Part shown: positions 1 to 7,633 of the stretch, one piece after another
Position numbering within the stretch: position 1 is the stretch's first letter
How the letters are laid out: the number at the start of each line of letters is the position of its first letter
DNA from: Bdellovibrionales bacterium
GTDB lineage: Bacteria; Bdellovibrionota; Bdellovibrionia; Bdellovibrionales; DASUEL01
DNA length: 34,526 nucleotides
Reading direction: 5' to 3'
NCBI GenBank assembly: GCA_050250255.1
Contig: JBFWOZ010000029.1
Span: 1-34,526, forward strand
Notes under the pieces: model-generated
Databases searched by the model: none
Seen by the model: the letters and a program-made list of their open reading frames with translations, nothing else
Told to the model about the DNA's origin: nothing
Position numbers and translations under genes: made by a program

Positions 1-165
1 AGATTCAATATGCTCATCGAGAATAGGATTCTCATCCAACTCTTTGCGAACCGCCGTCTCTAATTCCATTCGAGAAAGCTGCAACAATTTAATCGCTTGC
101 TGCAATTGTGGGGTCTTTCTCAGTTGCTGCGACAACTTCATCGACTGCTTAATCTGAAAAGACAT
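1..165 (-). CDS. rpoN: RNA polymerase sigma-54 factor, 5' part (runs off the window start)
   Basis: Manual translation from ATG at 165 gives MSFQIKQSMKLSQQLRKTPQLQQAIKLLQLSRMELETAVRKELDENPIL, the sigma54 region I signature. GGGGAG RBS at 172-177; directly follows lptB as in the conserved lptB-rpoN order. Confidence 0.96.
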   Translation of the reverse strand, partial: MSFQIKQSMKLSQQLRKTPQLQQAIKLLQLSRMELETAVRKELDENPILDEHIES

Positions 166-177
166 GGCTTGCTCCCC

Positions 178-912
178 TTAAAGAGTAAAGTTTTCGCCCA
201 AATAATATTTACGAGCAAGATCTGATCCCGCAATAAACGTTGCTGAACCTTCCACCTGCACACGACCTTCTTTTAAAATATAGGCATGATCGCAAATACG
301 CAAAGTTTCTCGCACATTGTGATCCGTAATGAGAATTCCGATCCCACGATCTCTCAAACCACTAATAATGCCTTGTAAGTCGTGCACGGCGATAGGATCA
401 ATCCCTGCAAAAGGTTCGTCCAGCAAGAGAAACTTTGGTTCCGTTGCCAAAGCACGGGCGATTTCCACACGGCGACGTTCTCCGCCCGAAAGCGAGTAAC
501 CGAAGGAATGTTCGATGTGGGTGATTTTAAAATCTTCTAATAAAAATTGAATTCTCTCTGCGCACTCGGGGCCCGAAAGTCCCTGAGCTTCTAAAGCCAC
601 CATGATATTTTCTCGTACCGTGAGCTTTCGAAAGATGCTGGGCTCCTGAGGCAAATAGCTCAAACCATTACGCGCACGTTGATACATCGCCATTTCCGTA
701 ATGTCGTTTTGATCTAAGAAAATCTGACCGCTATCCGGTTCGACGAGACCGACCACCATATAGAAACTTGTTGTCTTGCCTGCACCATTTGGTCCCAAGA
801 GTCCGACAATGCGGCCTGAATCCACTTCAAAGGCGACTTTATCCACAACTTTTCGTTGCTTGAAGGCTTTCGAAATATTTTTTGCCATCAACTTACTTGG
901 CGCTTCACTCAT
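178..912 (-). CDS. lptB: LPS export ABC transporter ATP-binding protein
   Basis: Walker [57 protein letters not shown] and C-terminal YLGENF are LptB hallmarks; lies between lptC and rpoN. Confidence 0.97.
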   Translation of the reverse strand: MSEAPSKLMAKNISKAFKQRKVVDKVAFEVDSGRIVGLLGPNGAGKTTSFYMVVGLVEPDSGQIFLDQNDITEMAMYQRARNGLSYLPQEPSIFRKLTVRENIMVALEAQGLSGPECAERIQFLLEDFKITHIEHSFGYSLSGGERRRVEIARALATEPKFLLLDEPFAGIDPIAVHDLQGIISGLRDRGIGILITDHNVRETLRICDHAYILKEGRVQVEGSATFIAGSDLARKYYLGENFTL

Positions 913-1901
913 TTGATCGTTTCCTTTACATCTGAATCAAACTTGGCTCTCCCACGGTTCACTTCTACTTTTTTACCGCCATCTGAAAAAATGATCTCAT
1001 CACCCACGAGTTCCTCGCTATCCTGAACTAATCGCGGAGATCCCGTTAATACAAATTGATCTTTCAAAAAAGACATCTTTACCTTTTTAGCCGTCGCCCA
1101 TTTGTCGGCGTCGGTAAGATTCACTCCACCCTCTACTTCCATAGAGGAAAGCGCCTTCTTTTCTGAGTCATATTGGAATTTCGCAAAAGGACCCGTAATG
1201 CGCGAAGCTCCTAAGTCGACGATCACTCTTCCCGAAAAATCGGCCGATTTATTTTTACTGTAAAAACGGGCCTTTTCACTTCGTACAACCACTTTACGAC
1301 CGTCTTTCAATTCACGATTGAGTTTTACGTCTTGAAGGACATCCATGGTGTGATCTTCAAGAGAAGCATGCAATCCAACACCCGTTAAGTCCATCGCGCC
1401 GCCATCACTGTCACCAACAGAAAACATTTGTACGGGATCATTTGTCTTTAAGCTTTTCGTTTTGGAATCATAGTTGACCGACTGAGTCTTAAACTCATAA
1501 CCGTTCGAAGAGCGAACGAAGACATTTCCATGAACATACATGTCTCTTGTTTCAGTCACTACTCGTCCCTCGTCTCCGGTTACCGTAAAAAACATTCCAT
1601 CATCTGTCTGACTAAAAAATTTGGCATTAACTTTTTTGAGTTCCCAATTCGTTTGTTTTTTATCTGACCCGATCGCACTCATGGCACGATCCGCACGCAG
1701 CTCCCACTCTTTTTTTCCTTCGGAGGTTTCTATGAGGTGCACGCCCTCAATCCATTGACCCCCGTCTTGTCCGTTCACTGCCTCTGAACGGTCCTTCGGC
1801 TGGTCGGAAGGGGTGCCTGTGTCTTTGGGAGAAAAGATCACAATTTCCACAATCAAACCTAAGAATAAAATCGCCGTAAGCAAGCTGCCGACTTTGCGCA
1901 T
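909..1901 (-). CDS. lptC: LPS export periplasmic protein LptC with an additional C-terminal OstA/LptA-like domain
   Basis: N-terminal TM anchor; LptC-like [13 protein letters not shown] and [19 protein letters not shown]; second beta-jellyroll-like segment ending [20 protein letters not shown] (LptA-like); overlaps lptB by 4 nt. Confidence 0.85.
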   Translation of the reverse strand: MRKVGSLLTAILFLGLIVEIVIFSPKDTGTPSDQPKDRSEAVNGQDGGQWIEGVHLIETSEGKKEWELRADRAMSAIGSDKKQTNWELKKVNAKFFSQTDDGMFFTVTGDEGRVVTETRDMYVHGNVFVRSSNGYEFKTQSVNYDSKTKSLKTNDPVQMFSVGDSDGGAMDLTGVGLHASLEDHTMDVLQDVKLNRELKDGRKVVVRSEKARFYSKNKSADFSGRVIVDLGASRITGPFAKFQYDSEKKALSSMEVEGGVNLTDADKWATAKKVKMSFLKDQFVLTGSPRLVQDSEELVGDEIIFSDGGKKVEVNRGRAKFDSDVKETIK

Positions 1902-1948
1902 GAGTTGTCATTTCCTTCTCTAGCATGCCCTTTAATTCTAACACGAAG

Positions 1949-1964
1949 TTGGCATTAAATTTGA
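1949..1964 (+). promoter_or_regulatory. Putative sigma54 (-24/-12) promoter for the GYF-PilZ gene
   Basis: TTGGCATTAAATTTGA has correct GG-N10-G spacing, but the -12 base is A rather than C; ~55 nt upstream of ATG 2019. Confidence 0.4.
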
Positions 1965-2018
1965 CATCTAAATGAGATTTACCTCACGAAAAAGTAAATT
2001 TAATCCGAGGGAAGGGCA

Positions 2019-2705
2019 ATGAGAAAAATTTGGTTCATCTCGAGCCGAAAGACTATTCGTGGACCTTTGACCACCACGGAGTTAGAGCAAGGTCTTACGT
2101 CGGGGTATTTTAGTACGGACAGCATGATCTGGTGGAAAAACCAGACGCACTGGATTTCCGTTGCCACGTGGAAAGAGCGTCTTCCACTCATTCGCTACGC
2201 TCTCGAAACAGACCAAAAGCCTGATGTCTGGCACTTTGAGCATCATGGCGTAAAGTATGGCCCAATCAACCTTGATCGTCTTCTTGAGGTTGTGCAGACA
2301 AACGCTGATCTCTATGCCTTTAAGGTCAATAAGATTGGTTCCGGTAAATGGCTCGGGATTTATGAATGTCCAGAAGTCCTTGAGGCCATGGGAGCGCGAC
2401 AACGCGTTCACTCAAGAGTTCCACTCACCGGAGTTGCCGCAATTCAAATGCCTTATGATAGTAAGATTGCCGATACCGCCACAATTAGCGAAGGCGGCTT
2501 AGGTCTAGTAAAAGCTTTTCTTCCAATAGGACACATCGTCAAATTCACACTTAAGAGTCCAGTGTTCCCCGCACCGATTCGTTCGCATGCGGAAGTGCTG
2601 TACACAAAACCTGATGGGTTTAGTGGATTGAAGTTTGATCAACTGCATGTGGAATCGCAGTCGCTCATCATGGATTATATTAAGAAGTTTTCTAAGGCGA
2701 GTTAG
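2019..2705 (+). CDS. Tandem GYF_2 (DUF4339-like) domains plus C-terminal PilZ domain protein
   Basis: Two W...GP[LI]...L...W repeats (KIWFISSRKTIRGPLTTTEL; VWHFEHHGVKYGPINLDRL), then PilZ-like RVHSRVP, TISEGG, GLKF. GAGGGAAGGG RBS upstream. Confidence 0.75.
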   Translation: MRKIWFISSRKTIRGPLTTTELEQGLTSGYFSTDSMIWWKNQTHWISVATWKERLPLIRYALETDQKPDVWHFEHHGVKYGPINLDRLLEVVQTNADLYAFKVNKIGSGKWLGIYECPEVLEAMGARQRVHSRVPLTGVAAIQMPYDSKIADTATISEGGLGLVKAFLPIGHIVKFTLKSPVFPAPIRSHAEVLYTKPDGFSGLKFDQLHVESQSLIMDYIKKFSKAS

Positions 2706-2709
2706 ATCG

Positions 2710-3321
2710 CTATCGAAGCGCGTTTGCAATCAAGAAGCTTTTTTGCACGGAAGATCGAACGAATAATTTTTTACCCAGAAAAAATACTGGAAAACCCAAA
2801 ACTGCCCAAAATAAAAAAGAAAAAAGGAATGGCAAAAGATAGCTTTTCCAACGATCTCCCCAGCTAAACATTCGTATGGAATCCACTTCAGACGGAGGCT
2901 GTTGCAAAGTTTCTTTTCCTGTAAAAACGTATTCGGATTGGGAAGGCAAGTAACAACAGTCTTCAGGTTTATTTGTATCGATTTGAAGATAAGATGTTTT
3001 TTTCTCCTGAGAAATACGGAATCCGTGAATGATTTGATCATCCCAATCCCAAACTAATTTTGCAGTTTCTCCCGGTTGTAATTGGACAGCGGCATAGGAA
3101 TGCGTGGGTTCTAAAGGAAATAGACCATTTTTATATAAAACAAATAATGATCCAGTCGAATTTCTTGCAATCGTTGTAAACTCGATTGTCGCATCTGATT
3201 TGTTAACAAAACGTGTCTCAGCCTTAAACCAAAAGTGAGATGTTACGGCGAATAGAATCCAAAATACAATAAATCCTATTGAATAAAGAACTATGACTGA
3301 GCCTAGAAAGAGCCGCTTCAT
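2710..3321 (-). CDS. Hypothetical membrane protein (two TM segments flanking an extracytoplasmic domain)
   Basis: 203-aa ORF with hydrophobic N- and C-terminal helices; good sigma70-type promoter immediately upstream. Confidence 0.7.
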   Translation of the reverse strand: MKRLFLGSVIVLYSIGFIVFWILFAVTSHFWFKAETRFVNKSDATIEFTTIARNSTGSLFVLYKNGLFPLEPTHSYAAVQLQPGETAKLVWDWDDQIIHGFRISQEKKTSYLQIDTNKPEDCCYLPSQSEYVFTGKETLQQPPSEVDSIRMFSWGDRWKSYLLPFLFSFLFWAVLGFPVFFLGKKLFVRSSVQKSFLIANALR

Positions 3322-3327
3322 ATCTTC

Positions 3328-3356
3328 AAGCTATTGGAATCAATCGGTCAGGTCAA
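3328..3356 (-). promoter_or_regulatory. Sigma70-type promoter, probably producing a leaderless mRNA
   Basis: Minus strand TTGACC-17 nt-TAGCTT, then 6 nt to ATG 3321; no Shine-Dalgarno. Confidence 0.55.
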
Positions 3357-3649
3357 TTGCCTTGAAACAAAATAGTTTCCTATCAACCAATAGCCCAAAA
3401 TGTATCGACTTGCTGAGCAAAAGTAAAAAAATGATTTGACGAAATTTCGAGGTGTTTAAACTTTTGGAGCATCATTGTTTTATAAAAATCTTTTGTTTCC
3501 ATTCGTTTTTAAAATGCATCGATCTCAAGCAATTTATGAAAGTTTAGACAGATTTTTCAAGAGCGCCTCTTTCAGTTTCATTTTCAATAAAATAGCATTT
3601 AAAAAACACATGGTATGGTCACTTCAACTTTTTGTTAAAGGAGAAAACC

Positions 3650-4453
3650 ATGACGAAACATATGCAGATTCACGAAAAAGCCCTCGAGGCTGCGACACGT
3701 TTTCGAAAAGCCGAAAGTGATTTGATCGATATTCTTCAGCAGGTCGACGAACATCGCGTGTACTTGAAACATCATTGTAAAAGTCTTTACGACTATGCGA
3801 CGACAGTTTTGAAATTGAGTGAGAGCGTCGCTTCCAATTTCATCACCGTTGCTCGAAAAGCGAAAGAAGTGCCTGCTCTAAAACAAGCGATTCAGTCAGG
3901 TAATCTTACGGTTTCAAAAGCTAGGAAAATTACCCCGGTGCTCAACAAAGCCAACCAAGCCGAGTGGCTCAAAATGGCCATTGAACTTCCAAAAACCAAG
4001 CTTGAACAACAGGTCGCGAAAGCTTCTCCTAAAGAAGCAATTCCTGAACGAATGAAATTTGTAAGTGAAGAAAGACTCAGTCTTCAAATGGGCATTTCTG
4101 AAAAGCTTCAGCAAAAATTGAAACGGGCTCAAGAGCTAGAATCTCAACGGCAGCAAAAACACGTAAGCCTTGAAGAAACTCTCGAAGCTTTGCTAGATCT
4201 CTATTTAGAAAAGAAAGATCCAGTCCAAAAAGCTCAGAAATTACAACATCGCGCGAATTTCTCTGTCCCGGGACACATACAATTACGTGATCAAGGTCAG
4301 TGTACGTACCGAAATCAAAAAGGCGAACGTTGCCCTGAAAGAAAGTGGCTCCACACGCATCACGTGATTCCGAAAAGCAAAGGAGGGCCAGATACTGTCG
4401 AGAACCTAACCACTCTTTGTTCGGGTCATCACAGATTAACGCATACTCATTAG
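3650..4453 (+). CDS. HNH endonuclease with a long helical N-terminal region
   Basis: C-terminal RDQGQCTY...RC...LHTHHVIPKSKGGPDTVENLTTLCSGHHRLTH is a Zn-binding HNH motif. Start moved to ATG 3650, which has an AAGGAG RBS. Confidence 0.9.
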   Translation: MTKHMQIHEKALEAATRFRKAESDLIDILQQVDEHRVYLKHHCKSLYDYATTVLKLSESVASNFITVARKAKEVPALKQAIQSGNLTVSKARKITPVLNKANQAEWLKMAIELPKTKLEQQVAKASPKEAIPERMKFVSEERLSLQMGISEKLQQKLKRAQELESQRQQKHVSLEETLEALLDLYLEKKDPVQKAQKLQHRANFSVPGHIQLRDQGQCTYRNQKGERCPERKWLHTHHVIPKSKGGPDTVENLTTLCSGHHRLTHTH

Positions 4454-4454
4454 A

Positions 4455-4530
4455 ACTTTTCAAAACTTGGCCCGATAGGGCTGAGCGCATGGATGCGCGA
4501 ATTTTGAAAAGTAAAGCTCACGGATGGGCT
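4455..4530. repeat. REP-like multi-hairpin element
   Basis: 11-bp IR ACTTTTCAAAA (4455-4465)/TTTTGAAAAGT (4502-4512) encloses the hairpins GCCC-GATA-GGGC and GCGCAT-GG-ATGCGC; followed by AGCTCA-CGGA-TGGGCT. Confidence 0.65.
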
Positions 4531-4541
4531 CCTCATGCAGC

Positions 4542-4640
4542 TACAGGTTCTCTGGGATACCGGAATCTAGGGACACAGGGTTTCCGGTAGCAATTCTGGA
4601 TACCGTATTCCTAGATTCTGGGTATCCCAGAAAATCTGTA
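4542..4640. repeat. ~99-nt imperfect palindrome built from degenerate octamer repeats
   Basis: TACAGGTTCTCTGGGATACC (4542-4561) pairs with GGTATCCCAGAAAATCTGTA (4621-4640); inner arms GAATCTAGG/CCTAGATTC; 8-nt period (CTGGGATA CCGGAATC TAGGGACA CAGGGTTT). Confidence 0.75.
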
Positions 4641-4762
4641 TGATTTGAAGGACACCCGACTTTCAATTTTACAAATTGCCCAGCTATTTAGAGGACGTCA
4701 TTGAACCCCCAACACCCTCCCGCTAGAACTCACTCGTACTTAAATCAATTTATGGGGGTTCT

Positions 4763-5173
4763 ATGAAAATTCTTATTAGTTTTATGGTGTTGATCGCGGC
4801 TCAAATGTCTTATGCGTGTCCCGTTCTTGAGGGTGCAGATTTGTCAGATGGCGAAGATGAAAGTCCTATTTACACAAAAGGCGAACGTATACCCGTAAGC
4901 CTCACTCAGGCGGAATTTAACAAAGTTCCCGTATATGCTTCTACAGGTAACGATTACGAAAGCTGCCAGGGCGCTCTCGTTCTACAAAAGCTAGAAATCA
5001 AAAAAACAAAGCAGGTGTTCTACGCTCTTCTTTCCACAGAGGATATCTGTGATGGTGGAAATTCCAGCGGGGCACTTTTCTCTGCAGATCTTAAAACCCT
5101 TATTGGTGATATCGGAGATTCTTTTATCTCTTGTCGTAAAACGCCAGTGCGTCTTGATCTTTCAAAAAAATAA
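4763..5173 (+). CDS. Hypothetical secreted Cys-containing protein
   Basis: Sec signal MKILISFMVLIAAQMSYA; four Cys in the mature part; GGGGGT RBS-like sequence. Confidence 0.75.
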   Translation: MKILISFMVLIAAQMSYACPVLEGADLSDGEDESPIYTKGERIPVSLTQAEFNKVPVYASTGNDYESCQGALVLQKLEIKKTKQVFYALLSTEDICDGGNSSGALFSADLKTLIGDIGDSFISCRKTPVRLDLSKK

Positions 5174-5200
5174 TTTAAGTAAAGTGATTGGAGCTCGGTC

Positions 5201-5821
5201 CTAGCGGATCGGCTCCGCAATTCCGTCGTACACATAACCTAAAATTTTAGGTGCTTGCGGGACGTAGTAGTTTCTCAGTTGAGAAATTTTAAAGTTCGAT
5301 TTCTTTAATTCTTCTTCCACGTTGATCGTCAGCTGACAGCCACAACCAATAATATTTTGAACAGGATTTAAAAAGTTCTGCAAACGAGCCACGTTTTTAT
5401 CCGCACTCAAGCCGTGTTCAAGAAATAGAAACTTCCCATCAGGTTTTAAAACGCGTTGAATTTCAGAAAAAGCTTGAGGCAAATCAGGAATCGTACACGT
5501 CGTCAGCGTACTCACAACCGTATCAAAACTGGCGTTTTCAAAGGGTAATCTCTCAGCCCCCGCTAAACTAAAATGAACAATTATGTTTCGTTTTTTGAGC
5601 TTTGCCCTCAGCTCGCGTTCCATTCCAGGATTAGGATCAATTGCCCAAATCTCTTTCACTGACTCTGGATAGTGATCTAGATTCAGCCCCGTCCCGATTC
5701 CGATTTCTAAAATTTTTCCGTGAGCGTGAGCCAATACCTGTCGCCTTGGCTCATCAAATCCGATGTGCTGTAAAACCTTGTCGTAAAATGTGGGGAAAAT
5801 ATAATCGGAATAAAATCTCAT
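5201..5821 (-). CDS. Class I SAM-dependent methyltransferase (Methyltransf_11 / METTL7-like)
   Basis: ILEIGIGTGLN motif I, AERLPFENASFDTVVST, LKPDGKFLFLEHG. Confidence 0.93.
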   Translation of the reverse strand: MRFYSDYIFPTFYDKVLQHIGFDEPRRQVLAHAHGKILEIGIGTGLNLDHYPESVKEIWAIDPNPGMERELRAKLKKRNIIVHFSLAGAERLPFENASFDTVVSTLTTCTIPDLPQAFSEIQRVLKPDGKFLFLEHGLSADKNVARLQNFLNPVQNIIGCGCQLTINVEEELKKSNFKISQLRNYYVPQAPKILGYVYDGIAEPIR

Positions 5822-5858
5822 GAGGCTTTTTTAAGCCCCATATCAAAAAATTGCAAAG

Positions 5859-6446
5859 CTAATTCGTAGTTGTGCCTGGCTGCTCTTGAGCCTTCTTGGT
5901 CACTGCGAAATTGATTTCAATGGCACCTGATTCCGTCACGGAGTACATGATTTTCTTAATCGTTAAGAAATCAATGTCCTTATCCGCTTGAACTGTGACT
6001 TTACCAATTTGATTTTCATCTATGACTTTTTCACGACCCTTCACAGCTTTTTGAAGAGTATTACGAAAGCCTCTTTGAGGATCTTTCTCTGCCTTCAGCA
6101 TGGGAGCCAAGCGCTGATAAATTTGTGGGATCATCCAGTCTTTGGAGTTTTTCACATCTTCGTAGCGACCAATCACGACATCATCAAGCATCAAATCTTT
6201 ACGAGAAATCGTCACCACGTGCGAGGGCTTTAACTCTTTAATCGAAGCGGCTTTTGGTAAAGTTACCTCTTTAGGAATATGAATCGCCTGCCCTGTCGCA
6301 TTGTAGTTTTGCAGTAAGAAGATGGCGAGAACCGTGAACATATCCACCATTGCAGTGAGAGAAAGACTCGCAACGACTTTTCTTCCAGAACCACTCGAAG
6401 TCTTTTTGTTCCTACGATTTCTTTTACCGGGAGGATGAATTGGCAT
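5859..6446 (-). CDS. aglS: ExbD/TolR-family motor subunit, AglS-like
   Basis: TM LSLTAMVDMFTVLAIFLL with the conserved Asp; VQADKDIDF...IKKIMYS; last gene of the aglR-Q-S trio. Confidence 0.85.
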   Translation of the reverse strand: MPIHPPGKRNRRNKKTSSGSGRKVVASLSLTAMVDMFTVLAIFLLQNYNATGQAIHIPKEVTLPKAASIKELKPSHVVTISRKDLMLDDVVIGRYEDVKNSKDWMIPQIYQRLAPMLKAEKDPQRGFRNTLQKAVKGREKVIDENQIGKVTVQADKDIDFLTIKKIMYSVTESGAIEINFAVTKKAQEQPGTTTN

Positions 6447-6448
6447 TG

Positions 6449-6916
6449 TTAGCCTCCTGCCGTTGCAACGGAAATTTCTGCGAATCCACTAAGCATCAAG
6501 ACATCCATACCACGAATCATTTCTTCGTAAATAATTTCGTCGTCGAGAGAAATGATCGCATCGTTCTTCTGAGGATACTTCTGCTTCACTTGCTGCAAAT
6601 AAGTCAGGAGTCTTTTGTCATCAAAAGCTCCTGCGACTTTAGGAATCTGCACCGAAGCAGAATTAATCATGACTAAATAGCCTGTCGACTTCACTTTCAA
6701 TTGAAACGTGATTTTATCCACAGGAGGTGGCTCACTCTGGTCGCCATCAATTTTCTTTGCATACATGGAGGATCCAATTTGTATCATCGAAACTTGTGTC
6801 CAGACTGCAGTGAGAAGGAGGAAGATAATACACACGCTCATCAAATCGATGAACGGGACCAGGTTCAACTCCACGTTGGTATCTCTACCGCCACTCTTCT
6901 CGTCTATTTGAGCCAT
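6449..6916 (-). CDS. aglQ: ExbD/TolR-family motor subunit, AglQ-like
   Basis: ELNLVPFIDLMSVCIIFLL with the conserved Asp; YEEMIRGMD; lies between the aglR-like and aglS-like genes. Confidence 0.8.
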   Translation of the reverse strand: MAQIDEKSGGRDTNVELNLVPFIDLMSVCIIFLLLTAVWTQVSMIQIGSSMYAKKIDGDQSEPPPVDKITFQLKVKSTGYLVMINSASVQIPKVAGAFDDKRLLTYLQQVKQKYPQKNDAIISLDDEIIYEEMIRGMDVLMLSGFAEISVATAGG

Positions 6917-6928
6917 GACTTACCTCAA

Positions 6929-7621
6929 TCAATCCTTAATTTTGTCACGGTTCGCAACAACCAGATTCAAAAGGGTCATGCTGCTTTCAACCATGTCGTT
7001 AATCGCGCGACCAATCTTAACCTGAAAGTAACCGTAAGAAATCAGAGCTGGAATCGCAACCACAAGACCAAACGCTGTACAGTTTAGTGCGTGGGCAATA
7101 CCTTTTGAAAGCTCTTCTGATTTTTGTGCTGGATCTGCTGCCGCCACACCACCGAAGGAGATAATCAAACCGATGATGGTTCCAAGTAGTCCAATCAAAG
7201 TTGCAACGTTACCGAAAACGGCTAAGAACGCTGTCCAACCTTCAAGACGTGGTGTCTCTCGGAGAACCGCTCCGTCCATTGCCACTTGCACTTCTTCGTC
7301 AGGGCGCTTATTCAAAACTTGAACAAGTCCTGCCTTGAGAGTGTTCGTGAGAGGTGCCGGTTTGCTATCACAGAATGTGATGGCTTGGCGAATATCACCT
7401 CTTAAGATCATGCCGAAAACTTTATCGTTAAAGTCTTCTTTATTCAGCACAAGCTTTGAGAGTGTGATGAAGCGCTCAATGATAAGAAAGAAAACCAATA
7501 AACCAACGATGGCGATGAAAAACATCGTTATTCCACCCTCTGCAAAGGCTTTCGCTATAAAATTTGAATGTTCCACCGTCGTTATGACCGTAGATGTGGG
7601 TACTGCACTCGTGGGTTCCAC
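6929..7621 (-). CDS. aglR: MotA/TolQ/ExbB proton channel, AglR-like
   Basis: GNVATLIGLLGTIIGLI and GIAHALNCTAFGLVVAIP motifs; three TM segments; GTG start with GGAGG RBS. Confidence 0.9.
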   Translation of the reverse strand: MEPTSAVPTSTVITTVEHSNFIAKAFAEGGITMFFIAIVGLLVFFLIIERFITLSKLVLNKEDFNDKVFGMILRGDIRQAITFCDSKPAPLTNTLKAGLVQVLNKRPDEEVQVAMDGAVLRETPRLEGWTAFLAVFGNVATLIGLLGTIIGLIISFGGVAAADPAQKSEELSKGIAHALNCTAFGLVVAIPALISYGYFQVKIGRAINDMVESSMTLLNLVVANRDKIKD

Positions 7622-7633
7622 GTTTGTCCTCCT

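Noticed and set aside
3650..4453. IscB/Cas9-like or group II intron identity for the HNH ORF
   Set aside because: No RuvC motifs, PLMP start or reverse-transcriptase motifs.
4077..4590. ORFs 4077-4490 (-) and 4345-4590 (+)
   Set aside because: They overlap the HNH gene and palindromic DNA, with no motifs or RBS.
4542..4640. CRISPR array or array remnant
   Set aside because: No identical 23-47 nt repeats with unique spacers here or elsewhere in the window, and no cas genes.
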